In this document: piece after piece, positions 1-23,300 of the stretch
Numbering within the stretch: the stretch's first letter is position 1
Layout: each line of letters begins with the position of its first letter
Assembly (NCBI GenBank): GCA_000934665.2
Contig: KZ538675.1
Span: forward strand, 1-54,503
Length of the DNA: 54,503 bases
Direction: 5' to 3'
Source of the DNA: Catajapyx aquilonaris
Lineage: Eukaryota
Made by a program: the position numbers and the translations under genes
The notes under the pieces: model-generated
What the model saw: the letters and a program-made list of their open reading frames with translations, nothing else
Databases searched by the model: none
Told to the model about the DNA's origin: nothing

Positions 1-319
1 GGCGGCCAAACGCCAAGATTACAAAAATGGCTCCCACGCTAAATTTCATCCTTAGGATGTCAAAAATGATTTGCGATCATAAAAAAAAGGTCCCCTCCAA
101 AAAACGCACGGGTTTCGGTTCCTCGACCGGACTAATAAGACAACCAAACAAAATAATGACACTTCACAATACACTCTTATACATACCAACCCTGAGAATA
201 CACACAATAAGTATACACCAAAAAAAGACAATTTTAAATCCCAGTCAGCTAGCCACACTGCCAGGGTCCATGTATCCATTTACCTCCTCCCACTATCCCA
301 CATTATAACTGGTACCAGA

Positions 320-1003
320 TAACAACCGTAAAAGAAGGATTGAAATCATTAGAAGAGGGAATGAAATCATCAAGAGACGATATGACATCCTTAAAAGAAG
401 GATTGAAATCATTAGAAGAAGAATTGAGGTAAGTGACAACCACGTGTCAATCCAACTGCTCCAGTGTAGTCAAGAAGGCTGTTATAAAGATAATTGCGGG
501 ACTCCCCTTTGATTATACAAGCCTCATAAATCTGAATCTGTACGAGTGTCACACCCCGTACAGGTCTGGACACCATCCATGGATTGACCAGTGACCCTTC
601 CACTCTGATGAGAGTCCGGGTTGACCTGGAGGATTGGGAAGGAGAGAAGAGAGTCACCTTGAATCACACTTTCATGGTCCAAGATGAAGAGAAGAAGTAG
701 GCTACAGCCTCACTGTGGGAGTATACGAGAAGAGGCCGGGAGTAAGAGCACCGTGGGGCTCTCTTATTGCCTACCACAAGGGCACGGCCTTCTCCACAAA
801 AGACCGGGACACGACGATGGGTGGAGTGGGGGGAACTGCACAGAGAGGGACAAGGGTGGCTGGGGTACGGGCATTGCCAATATTCCCAACTGAACGGATA
901 TTATCTCAAGGGAGAGCATGGCTATTTGAATCCAGGTGTCCAGTGGTACCACTGGAAGGGATCTCTGAAAAGAACAGCAGCCATGAAGATCAGACCCAGA
1001 TAA
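320..1003 (+). pseudogene. Fibrinogen-related domain (FReD; ficolin/angiopoietin-like) pseudogene, with a possible upstream coiled-coil exon
   Basis: After acceptor cag|564 the sequence reads GLDTIHGLTSDPSTLMRVRVDLEDWEGEKR. It then continues across shifting frames as AYHKGTAFSTKDRD, GGNCTERDKGGW and YGHCQYSQLNGYYLKGEHGYLNPGVQWYHWKGSLKRTAAMKIRPR*. These are FReD motifs split over three frames with an internal stop. An upstream segment (about 320-428, KEGLKSLEE twice) ends in gag|gtaagt. Confidence 0.8.
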
Positions 1004-1575
1004 ACGACCAGTAATGACTTTTTTCACATGCCACCCTGTAATACTCACCACCCTTGCCTGCACCATTTTTATATCAGGTATGCATATTGATATTAGTGAG
1101 GTATATCGTAGTAATAGTAATCTACGTAATTAATAATTTGTTTAGGTACACTAGATCAGTCACAGAAGTTCCTTAGAACTCTTCTGAAATGATCAGTACA
1201 ATAAAGCGGCCATTTAAGTATGACTTTCTGATACATCTTGCAGTCACAGAGCAATATTGTCATATGTGTAAAGTACAGTGTATAAATAATCCATGCTTCA
1301 TACAGAATATTTGAATGGTAACTGACTAACTGTGTATGATCATAAGATCAATCCATTAGTTAGTTCTAGAGATGTTATCAGCATCTTGCTAGCATGCATT
1401 ATATGCCAGAAAGGTGCCACGATTTACTGTCAAAGCACAGCTCAATGTCTAATGCAACATGAACTGTACGATAAAGTTCTTATAACCATCGTGTAATAAG
1501 TGTCAAAAAAACTCATTTATATAATATTACTGGCATTTTTCACAGGAAAGGTTAATCAACTGCATCCTGCTCTAT

Positions 1576-3601
1576 ATGGTGGTACTAAGGAAGTCAGATC
1601 CTCAGAGAGTGATAAAGATATGGGGTGTTATTCAAATATAATCAAGAGACGGAAGGAGACACCAACGCTAGATAGGGTGTGTCAAGAACTGAAATCCATT
1701 CATAAATTAACCGAAGGTGAGATTTAGCATATTGATTGGTAATAAAGTATGCATTTAAGATAATGTTCAGAATAAGTTACATTTACCTCGACAACTCTGC
1801 TGCTGCAGTATAACGCAGTAACAATATATTACGCAGCAAAAATTGAAAGACTGTCACTATTAATTCAGGCACAATAAAAAAAACACCTACAATGGAGTAC
1901 ATGTGATGGATTGATACATGTAAGGTGAAGGTGCTGGACTGCAGAGCCTCAACAATAGTCAAGACACAAAAGATATATTGCATACCTAAAGAACCAGTAT
2001 GTTTCATGGCATGTATACTTTGTCTTCAATGTAATATATGTTGTCATAAGGTCCCTTTTAATTCAGGCGCGGTAAAAAAAACACCTACAATGGAGTGCAT
2101 CTGAAGGTTTGATATGTAAGGTGAAGGTGCTGGACTGCAGAACCTCAACACAAAAGACACAATAGATATATTGCATACCTAAAGAGCCAGTCAGATTGAT
2201 TACCGGTATATTGCTGTTACAGTAATATTGAAATGAAAACATTCTTATACTGTATATGGTATGTTTCATCTGTTTTATACAACAGGTGGATGAAAGAGAC
2301 CATGATTGGTATTGCTTTACATGTCACCTTCCTGGCGATGTCCTCAAGTGCAATACCTGCCACAGGGTGTTTCACAAAAAGTGCACCGAGGCTCCTATAG
2401 ATGATGACTTCAAATGCAGCATCTACTCAGTGAGTAAAATGAAAATATTATGAAGTGACTTACAAAGTGGTGCTCTGTCACATTGCATTACTAAATGTCT
2501 GCTTGTAACACAGTACACACTGCAAATTATTGTCTGCATACAAGTGAAACAATAAGCTATGTCCAAAAAACCCAAGATATATCTTGAAAAAACCAGTGTC
2601 AAGCTAATTGAATGTGAAGATTTGACCTTGCACTTGATGACATGCTAATGTGCTAGTAATAAAATCCTAGCATCTTGGCTCGTAAGGGACTTGACCAGAC
2701 AATATAGCATTTTATATGATACTTATTACGGGCGTATAAATAACTCAAAACAGATAGTGAGTTTCACTTGCATTCTGATGCTAATTAGAGCTACTGTAGG
2801 ATATGAGTAGGAATATGTATGATCAAGGTATGATATAATATATCACTACCCGCAGAAGTTTTTTAAACTTATATCAGAGTAAATATACAGACACGGTCCA
2901 TGGATTGTACCTTTGTAGATGCCCGAGAATCTTCATGTCTGCATAGTAGAAGGAGAAACCAGTTCTATAAATCATTGACCATAGATCATCAGCAAGAGCT
3001 GCTGTGCTATTTTAACATGATATATGAACCAGTAGACATTGCCACTACTGCCAACAAGGCTGACAATGAGAAGTACCAAGAGCTTGGCGTACAACACACT
3101 TGATGAATTCCTGGCGGATGTGCAAACAATTGCTCACAATGTTGCTATGTACTATGGAAAGCCACAGACAAATACGACTGGAAAGAGTGAATAAGCTGAA
3201 CATCTCAGTAATATATTGACCTCACTCTTAATTGTATGTACTGTTCCTCACCACAAATGAGTATATTCATTTATGTTTTCATCTCATCAGCAGGCAATAA
3301 CATGTTTAGCCAACCCAGGGCCATGCTTCAAGCGTGTGAACATGACTTGCGAGAAATAGTTAGGTGTACAGATTGTTTCAGGATATCAGTTGAGAAGCCT
3401 CCGGTGTGGTTCACACAATTGTGTGATTCACCTCATGTATTCGTGTATGCTAAAGTCTCAGGTTACCCTTACTGGTCAGCAAAGGTGATGAAGAGAAATG
3501 AAACCCATTACAATGTGCGGTTCTTTGGTGGACAGTATGAAAGGGCTACCTTGAAATTTCAATGCATCAAACCTATAACTGAAGACGGCATCATATTCAG
3601 G
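1576..3601 (+). pseudogene. ZMYND11: ZMYND11/BS69-like chromatin reader, disrupted and apparently lacking the MYND domain
   Basis: ATG 1576 gives MVVLRKSDPQRVIKIWGVIQI*, then a frameshift to IIKRRKETPTLDRVCQELK (N-terminal winged-helix-like), with TAG at 1725. PHD exon 2286-2429 reads [28 protein letters not shown]. The bromodomain segment PVDIATTANKADNEKY shifts frame to LDEFLADVQTIAHNVAMYYG. Zn-linker/PWWP exon about 3291-3601 reads CTDCF...VYAKVSGYPYWSAKV...VRFFGGQYERA. Confidence 0.8.
1861..2191. repeat. Imperfect direct duplication of about 135 bp (about 1861-1998 and 2060-2191)
   Basis: Both copies share taattcaggc...aaaaaaaacacctacaatggagt...taaggtgaaggtgctggactgcag...ttgcatacctaaaga. 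Confidence 0.85.
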
Positions 3602-4919
3602 TAAGAGCATACAAAACAGTCAAGAAGTACTGTTATAGCTACAATCGCTAAATATGGCCAAGATGAGATCATGTCTATTTGACTAAGCCAGTAGACAAAA
3701 ATAGAAGTGGTTGTCATCTTTCTTAATATTTCAGGTATGTTAATTCCAGTCAAATAACTAGTAAATGTAACAACAGTCTGAATAGGCCTATCCAAACTGA
3801 AGTATTGGAAAGGTCGCAATCTCTTGGACTTCAGGCCATTACATGTCCATAACGAGGGCAAAGTTAGAACTGTGGTACACATTCATTTTTTGCCATGTCT
3901 AGGTAAAAGTTACAAAAGGTATAACTTTTAAAACTGAAACCACCAAGGTACCGGTACTCCCAAATTTCGAGTTACAGAAGTTTGAAAAATATTGCAATGC
4001 AGAACTATATAAGGATATTTTTCTTAATTTCCACACTGCTGTTTATGTTACGAGTATATAAACAAAAATCTGACCTCCAAAATGTATGCCATTTCATTTT
4101 TGAGGAAAAAGTAGTCTGGCCAGCACATAATATAATAACAATTTTCACTCTGAATAAATTATTACTTGTCATCGTTAATAATGCTGTTGGCAGGTGACAC
4201 TATGACTTGCAATTCAAGCCATAAACTATGGTCCGTCTTTAACCATTAGACAGCATGGTGTAAAAAATGTACCTGAATCAGACCCACGCTTATTTGTGGC
4301 GACAAAAATGAATATATTATACAGCAAATTATTGCTAGCATTTTGAGTTATGGAGAATGTTGAGATGTGGAAATTCTACTCAGGGAAGGAGCTGAATTTC
4401 CTATAATTCTCTTCAAATGATGAAGAATGTCGTCTTTAGCTCAAATGTAGGCAGGCTGGAAGTGGTGAGGACACTAGATGACCAGCTGGAGGTGACCTGG
4501 CTGGTTTGTTATGTTCAGAGCAGACCTCTTCTGTCCATGCTGTCCCCACCCTCACTCTCCGGTTCCAATCCTGTCACCTGATGATGCTGAATCTGGCACC
4601 TGAATCCACTTCAATCACCATAGGCTGATCATCAACATCCACGTTCATTGGGGTCGGGGCTGTTGGGGTTATACAAGAAAGTGCGTCACACTGCCGTCTG
4701 GGTTATCAGGGGATGGGCATGATCACCTTCCCTTGGGTCCTTTGTCCACATGTTTCTTCTCTGGTGTTGCCATTGATAGGCACACCTACTGCAAGTGCCC
4801 CGCCATGCAATAGTAGGTGACAGCAGCTGCCCACCCATCTTGGTGTGCATGAGGAGGGACAGATGGATGAAAATAATAGAAACAATGAGAAAAAAGAGGA
4901 AGTGGTATTTCTCTGAGTT

Positions 4920-5072
4920 TGTCTCCTAACCGCTCCTACCCCAAAGACCTGTACGGCTTGGGAGACCCTGCTAGTAAACTAGAAGCTACCACCAGCATAG
5001 CTCTTGCATGGAGTCATAGGATAACACAAGCTCCCCCACCGTCGCAAGGTAGAGATACCATCAGGGGGGATC
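4920..5072 (-). mobile_element. Non-LTR retrotransposon (RTE-like) 5' leader remnant
   Basis: The minus strand reads accttgcgacggtgggggagcttgtg...gagctatgctggtggtagc...agggtctcccaagccgtacaggtc, resembling RTE/BovB-type 5' ends from memory. A related copy lies at about 20955-21085. Confidence 0.5.
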
Positions 5073-5982
5073 CTACCTAGCCTCGCTTATGGAGCTTAAA
5101 CCTATCTACGATCTAAGTGGTTTTGCTTTGTAATGTCTATTCAGCAGGTTTGTTGTAATTGCCATTGAATAACGACTTAGGCGGCAGCAAGAAGTGGTCC
5201 AAGGAAAATGTCTCCTGGCCACACCCGGAGAGGAAAATTCTGGGAAAATTACAGCTTGCTCCCGGCTTGCTCCTAATTACCATCGGTATCCAGTTGGCCA
5301 GGAAATGAGATCTTACCCTTTCTTTGTCCAGCATCCAGGGTGTGGTCCGGGACCTCAAGCGGCTTGGGTCCACCCACGTCCAACTTTCCTTTCTTCTACT
5401 TGGCGTTGCTAGGTGTGGTCAGTGAGGCTAGCCTGGAGAGAGGGTAAGGATGGTGTGGGCAGGAAGTGGGCTGCTGACTCTGCACAAAATTTAGACCTTG
5501 GACTCTGCTCTAAACATACCATGGTGGCTACGTCACCTTCAGCCAGCATCCAAACAGGGTGGCCAGACCACTTCCAGTCTGCCTGCATTTTAATCCAGCA
5601 AGGACCTAAAGACACAACCATGGATGCAACGTAGGGGGGTTTGAGATTTAGAAGTTCCAATGTATATGGAAATGGGCATGAAAATGTGTGCTGTTGGGGC
5701 CATTTGTAAATATTGTGGGGACATAACGTCAAGGCTTCTTTGAATCTACCCATTATGAAAGTGTCCGTCGCAGTATATGGTATACAGTACTGGTATACTT
5801 ACAATTTGTTATACAGGATCATAAGAAGATAAATTCCAATGTGCAGGCAGAGGCTTTAGAAGTGGTCAAGATTTTTTTGGCATGTTAGTTAGGTTGTGAA
5901 CACCCCCCCCCTNCCCCCCCCCCCCCCCCCCATGAAAATCTCACAGGTACCTGTACGCTACTGGTTTCATGTGCTTTTTTTT

Positions 5983-6028
5983 TCACTCAGCAAGGCGAGA
6001 TGTTACCATCTTGGCCACCACACCTCCA
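5983..6028 (-). mobile_element. tRNA-head SINE fragment, same family as 14933-15270
   Basis: The reverse complement ggtgtggtggccaagatggtaacatctcgccttgctgagtgaa matches 14939-14981. Confidence 0.7.
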
Positions 6029-7229
6029 CCCGTTTCATGTGCATTTTAATTTTACCTGTTATTTTACTTTTGTTTGTTAGTTCACTTGCAGTGAATTATG
6101 CTGCAAGTACGAGTAATCATAATTTTATTGTATTTCTTTTTTGTTTGCCATTTTCTAATACTTCCTGATCATTTACTTACATGGGATCTGGTTGTGACTT
6201 TTTGTTTCTGAGGGACATTCATTAATTTTCATTCTCGTACCGTACTGATTTTTGTACAAGTCAATGCAGCTATGTTGGTTTGTTGTTGAGGTTGATGGAG
6301 GGAGCTCATGACCATCGACCTTTCACCATATAGTCTGCAAAGGCCAACCAGAGAAATACAATCCAAAATCTAGTAAATGAATAATTTATTTCCAGACAAA
6401 ACAAAAGTTGAGTGATTGCAATACACAAGAGCAACATAACATTTGCATGTAGTCTGATTAACATAAGTATTGTGATCATACCAAAAACAGTCACTCCCAA
6501 TTGTGCCAAATGTGTCTAAGAAGCACAGGTGACACTGAAGATGTTAAAAAATTCCAGGAAATGCTACACTATAGTAATGGTATATCTACATCCATAATAA
6601 CTCCCCATGCATTCCTTTATCAACTTGTACAGAAACATAGCTTACTTCCTATTTTCGCACCCAGTTGCCATTACATTAATGTGAGCAGGTGTACCTGCGA
6701 GATGGATAAATATATTTTCTGTTGGTACTGTACATTATACATAATTTGTTTGGTTGTGCTTTCCAACAATATATTACTGTGGATATATCGTTATGTACCC
6801 TGGCGGTTCAGTCCCGTATGTGGATTTCATTGCTTGACGCATAACGATGTTCTAAAAAACTAAAACCTGCAGTTCTGCATAGAAGTTTATGCCCGCTACC
6901 TACATGAGTAATTCTTGACAGGCAATGCAGATTCTTCTTTACTAGTGGTACTTCCAACCTAAAACTATAATTTCGCTATTCACCAATTCTGATACTATAG
7001 GCCCACATGCGGTATCATACTTCCTTTCTGCATAAAATTCAAAGCCACCATGGTTGCCCACACAAGTTTATGACAACTGATTTCTAAGCCTCTCTTCAGC
7101 AGCACAGCAATTCCCAAGAAGTTCCCTGCGATATGTCAGTTTTTCAATCCTGAAAAAATTGGGTCATTAGGCTGTTAATCGCGTTGTGGCAGGTTATAGC
7201 TGGTACTTTTACTGTGATAAATGGAGGTG

Positions 7230-7290
7230 AAAGGTGCTGCGGTAACGTACATGCCCACGGATTGGAGAGTCCTGGGTTTAATCCCAACTT
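7230..7290 (+). mobile_element. Degenerate tRNA-head SINE fragment
   Basis: ggtgctgcggtaacgtacatgcccacggattggagagtcctgggtttaatccc resembles the head of the SINEs at 30625-30942 and 39390-39718. Confidence 0.5.
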
Positions 7291-8744
7291 TTGCACAGGG
7301 AACAATGATGGCTTTGAATAATTTTAGCAGAACACAAGTTGCTACAGCATTAATGTTTGTATTAATCTGTAGTAAGACAGTAGACAAGTAAGAAAATTCT
7401 AGTTTCGGTTGGCATTATCCCCAGTAGACAAGAATCGTCGTCTTTAAAGAATTACTCATGAAGTAGGTAATGGTCTTAAACTTTCACATCACACTGTAAC
7501 TACATTGCCAACTCCATACCCATAATTGTTTTACATGAACAAGCCAGTTTTAACCACTCATACGTGTGATACACCACACAATGAAACTATACATCTACAT
7601 CAAACTACTTCATGAAAATAAAACAATCCTTTGGCAACAAAAACACATTAGGGATTGTATGCTTATTCTTATACTCTGTATTCTCTTCAACTTTTTTTTT
7701 CTTCTCTAACCCCTCTTTAAACTTCACATATATACACTTCATACATACATAGTAAACATCTGCCACTATACATGTTGGCCCCCAAGAAAAGTGAAGCGGG
7801 AAAGCAAAAGAAGAATTTTGGTAGCTGTGGAAGTACCCTTTTTTTTTTGACTTGCAACTTCCATGTTATACGCTGCCTGCAGTACAGGAATGTTAATTAA
7901 AGTGGTAGAAGAGCAAAGCCACACACAGCCAACACTCGCACAAACACTACAAGTGGACGTGGAACCAAAGGCAGATTCGAAAAATTGCGCTAGTTCCAAA
8001 GTCATTCAAAAAGAGACAGGAACACAAGACCAAAACAAGGTAAACCTGCACTAGAATGTTCCCTGACAATGGAAGAAATAAAACTTGCACATGGCACTCG
8101 AATGGTTGGGAAAACACTGCTAGCAGTTAACCAAACTCTCAATCATTCTTCTTGCACAGTTTTAAAATTTTAGGTTAGTTCATGTTAAAGCAACCTGGCT
8201 AGACTGTAAACTCACCCAAAAACTTACACACTAAATGGGCTTAATTATACAATCCCTGTTTCTGAACACACCTTTTTGCTTCAATCCCATGATTCCCCCC
8301 TTCCCCCCCATTAAAAAAAAAAAAAAAAGAGCATGAACCTTGTCTTGCTAAACACAACCCAATCTAGTTACATTGAAAAGGCCTCATTTTGTAAGATTAC
8401 ACCTACTACACTTGCTAGTACGTATTTAACCTCCCTTCAAATGTGTACCCCAGGGTTCGGAAAAAGTTATGACAAAAAGGACAGTGCAACAAAAAAATAA
8501 CAGTACCTGCCCTAATGTCCACTAAGTAAAGCTCCACAGTGACAAAATAACAAAAAAAAATTGAGGTAGCATTATGCATAAACCCTATTTTGACTCAATT
8601 TTTGCTTGCATGATGCTGTAAACCCTGAGGTTACACAATATGTACACTAGCAAAGTGAAGTATTCCTTCATCCATTCGCCATTGTTAACCAGCTCCAAAA
8701 TGAGCGGCCAGCTTCTTTTACGCAAGGCTAACTAGGAACCTGCA

Positions 8745-19163
<10,419 letters not shown>

Positions 19164-20349
19164 CTCCTCCTCCTGGGAGTTTCCCAATGCGGCGTACACA
19201 ACCGGTAGTCCCCGGGGCGGGTGCAGCGGACAGCCTGCCAGCTGGTCCTGTCTGCTCCCTCGCCTTCCTTACGCACACAGCACCCACTCGAAACCGAGTG
19301 GTAAATAGAACCTGAAGCGAAAGTGGATACACTTTCTCTCAGGAGAGAAAGCCTGGGCTCCCCTTTCTTCTTTTTTTTCTTTTCCTTCTTGTTCCCTTCG
19401 AGAGAGTAAACCCCCGCTACCTCTTCCCTTCTCGCTTCGCTCAGCTATGAATAGGGATAGTGCCAGAAAGTCACGCCGGAACAGGATGTGGCGCTTGGTC
19501 GACCAGCACTACCACCAGTTTTACCGTACACCTGTATAACAAAATATGTTAAAGACACAGAGGATAGCATTATTAATTTTAAAAGCTGTTTAATTTTTGT
19601 CATATAAATTAAGCAAAAAAATTATGCTTATTCATTAAGATTAGATTGGCTACATTGTTTGCCCAGGATTCGCTAGATGTCGCGCGCAAAAGTGGCTAAA
19701 GTAACAAAATTTTACAGTTTTTATATTATAAAATTTTAGCCTCTTTGCTTTTATGTGAAGAACTCCATCATAGAATTTTCCATTACTACTTCGCCATTTT
19801 GTGTCTAAAAAGTGGCGGAAGTTTTGAATATTACTCTGGCTATCTCTGGAAGCCCCCTGTAATTTTGAAATGAACAACCACTTTATCAACGTGGGTTTCT
19901 GCAACTCTAACGTTACCAGTTTAATTGTGGGCAACTTTGCAAATTGCAACTGCGCAAATTCCCATCCCTTCTGCTCATTTTGCCAGTTGTAGTCACTCTT
20001 CTTGATCTAACACTTAGATCGCATATTTGGATATAATGCATAATGATAATTAACCTGTGCTTGTTGCAGTCGTGATATATTTTTTAAAAATACTGAAATA
20101 CTGTGTGTTCAGCGCAAAAAAAACTTTTCTACAAAATATGTAATACACTGGTAAAAGTCGATTCAAATTTCCATGCACCATTGCGTTTGCGCCATACGTC
20201 ATTTCCTGTGACGCGGATTGTGATTGGTCGGCATTTTCTTTGTCTCTTAACTGACAACAGCGCTTCCTGTACATGTGGCGTCCCGAAGTTCAGTCGGGTT
20301 GAATTTCAGGCAGATTTCTTGTATTGGAGTCTTGCCTGCGAGAAGGGGC
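19164..20349. promoter_or_regulatory. Divergent (head-to-head) promoter interval between S6K and the PIWI-like gene
   Basis: The two ATGs (19163 minus, 20350 plus) are about 1.19 kb apart. The interval has CpG-containing patches and a reverse CCAAT (attgg) near 20224. Promoter function is inferred from position only. Confidence 0.5.
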
Positions 20350-23300
20350 ATGGCTAGTAAGAAGGATGGAAACTTGGCCCAAGACCAGGGCTCCTGGAGA
20401 GTGGGAATAACTGACCATCAACAATCAGATGGGGCTGTTGGATGGGCTGACCGCGGTGGTGGTGACCAGCCAGTCGCAACGTCTGGTGGTGATGAGTGCG
20501 GCGACCATGCAGCTCGAGATGCAGCTGATGAAAAAAAAGTAGGCAAATAAATGTTTTTACAATAGATCTATTATTATCATAGCATGCATTGTGCATACCA
20601 TCCTCAGGCCACAACTTGAACTACACTCTGCAAAGTTTTGACACCCTGTGTCTCATTGTTGTTGATTGTCTACCAAACAATAAATGCAAATGAAGCGTGA
20701 TTAATTTCATTGTAGACTGATGTCACTGATGCTGTCATTGTTATGCTGATTTGCCTAGTTAGCAATGGCGATTTCAGTCTTTGGGATTTAGAATATGTAC
20801 AGACCACAAAATAGAGTATTCAAATAAGTGCTTTTCAGCAATTTTGTTTGGGTGGGAAAGAGCCAGAGCAACAACGGCTGTCTGGCTATTAGGTGGGACA
20901 GATGAAGATAGAAACATAGAGTAAAAAAGAATACAGGACAGACACCTTACTTGTCAGTCTCCTACCCCCAAAAGACATTTTCAGCTTGGGTGACGTTTCC
21001 AGTAAGCAAAGCTACCACAGATGTTCTGTAGCTCTTAGGGCTGTTTGAAAAATGCAAGCCCCACCATGGCAAGATGGACACAGCTTTGAGATTATTTTTT
21101 TAAATAGCCCTATTCACTCCCATAACCTGCTGGGCTTGGATCTTGAGTAGGCCTACACTTCATGCCTTTACACCAAGACAGTAATGCAACTAACATGAAG
21201 GATCATCCTTCCTTTTCCTATATTGCTGTAGCTCACTATTGTGATCGGGAATTATTGTAAATGGAGCATGTTATACAACAGGGCAATTATAATTGGTTTA
21301 ATACACTGTAGTAATGAATTATTGATTTATCGTGATTTATTTACCTTCCAGATTGCTGATGCATCCAACTGTTACTCATTTTCCACACAAGCTGATCTTC
21401 CCCTTCTGATGTCAACTGACTATTCTTGTGACAACAGAGAATACATACCTGCATTTAATTACCCTAATTTCCCAAGTCTGGAGAATCCCATGCTCTTTGT
21501 CCACCCATCTCAATTTGCTACAAGTGATGGCATTGCTAACATGATGACGAATTTAACTTTGGACGATCCTGTTGGTGGACAAGGAGTGAATGGGACTGCT
21601 TGTGGACTACCTGTGGGAATCAGTATGGAGAATGCTTCCTCAACACTTAATTATCAGTGTGATTCTGGAGAACACAGTCTCATTACTCCCAAATCTTGCA
21701 AAGGGCCTGAATTGAGTTATGGACCAATCATCTCTGGTTTTTCATATGGCTATAACTTGGCCAATAACACCGTTTCAAATGAGCAGTGTAGTTTGTATTA
21801 TGGCGCTGCTGCCACCAGCTGCTGTGATCAGCATAATGTCGCTGCCATTTCAAATGTTGGCCTTGGCTTTGATGAATTAACATCAGTCCCTAAGTCCAAT
21901 CTTTTCAATGAATGCATCAATAATTTGGATGATCAAAAAAGCCACAGCATCAATCAGAAGAATTTCAGCAATGGTGACCAAAATTATGCAATTCCACTAT
22001 GCACAGATGTGAATAGTGATCCCCATCAGCATGTGTCCAACATTGGGCACATGTCCGTGACAGACTCTGAGCAGGGTTACTCAGGAAAGCCAATGGAATC
22101 CCGGTCTAATGCTTTTGAGATTGATGTGGATAGAAACTGCATTGCTTTTCATGTCTACACAGTTGACGTCCTTCCAAAGCACTTGGCTGAGAGTTACAAT
22201 GAAATACTACAGGCACTTGAACCTCATACGGGCACCCTTGGACCCTTTTACATCTCTGGATCCCATTTGTTTCTTACTCGCTTTATTGGAAAGGAGGTAA
22301 GGCCCTGCATGCATCAAGTTTTTTATTTTTAAATTTAATTTATCACCCTCAACACAAAACAACGTTAAGTGTTAAGTGCTGTGTTAAGCGCTATTTCTGG
22401 AATATACTGCTATTTATAATGTAATGATTTCCTTTGTTCCATGGTATATTGTTTTACTCTTTCCTTTAACAGCCCATCATATTGGAGTCTTATATCAAGG
22501 ACTGCCATTCATTTGTAGCCATCAAAATTTGTCATGTCAAACCACTACAGTCAGATGACATCATGATCAAAGAGCTCAACAGCTTTTTTCATGACAAATA
22601 CAGCAACAACCTAGTAATGCATCAGAATGGTTGCCACAAATCCAGGTTCAACAATCCCCTCAACTCTGACAGTCATCATCTTCAATTGGGGCAAGAAAAC
22701 TCTCCAGCCATTAATAAGGCTCATGAATGTGATCAGCTGCTCCCCACAAACCTCATGCAGAAGATTATTCCTACCCAAAACGTCTTAAGCCTGATCTGCA
22801 ACATCAAGAGCAAATCCTCGCCTGACAGCTTTATGCACAATTGTGAGGTTCAACTTGTAGGTCAGAGTGTCCAGGCAACTTACGACAAGATGGTGTATAC
22901 TGTGACCCAAATTGCTTGGCACCAAACACCAGGAAACACTACTGTCGCTTGGGAAGGAGGATCCATGACACTTTCACAGTACTACGAGCAGGTCAGTTAC
23001 ATTAGGCGAAGTTACATGAAGTTTTCAAGATGAGGAATTTGAGATTTTGTGACATTTATCACTACAATGAAGTTTTAACTCCTCAGATGTATGGATTAAG
23101 CAATAAGTTGGAATTTGACCAGCCCCTACTTCAGGCCATCCCTCAAGGAATGAAACAGTGTGAACTTACTGTTTCAATTCTCGTGCCACAACTATGCTAC
23201 TTGTCTGTCCAGACAGATACCGTAAAGCAAGAATTAGACCAGGTAGCCAGAGATCCCCCGATGGATCCCAAGATATGGAGGGCCAATATGGATGACCTGG

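Noticed and set aside
4440..5760. GC-richer ORFs and a degenerate zinc-knuckle-like stretch (YYCMAGHLQ*VC on the minus strand near 4800)
   Set aside because: Interrupted by stops and too degenerate to assign; probably decayed retroelement.
5901..5930. Poly-C tract containing an N
   Set aside because: Low-complexity, uncertain assembly; the poly-Pro ORF over it is spurious.
19164..19270. p85-like N-terminal extension of S6K
   Set aside because: The frame is open to a TAA near 19271 but has no ATG and no poly-Arg NLS; only near-cognate GTG/CTG starts are present.
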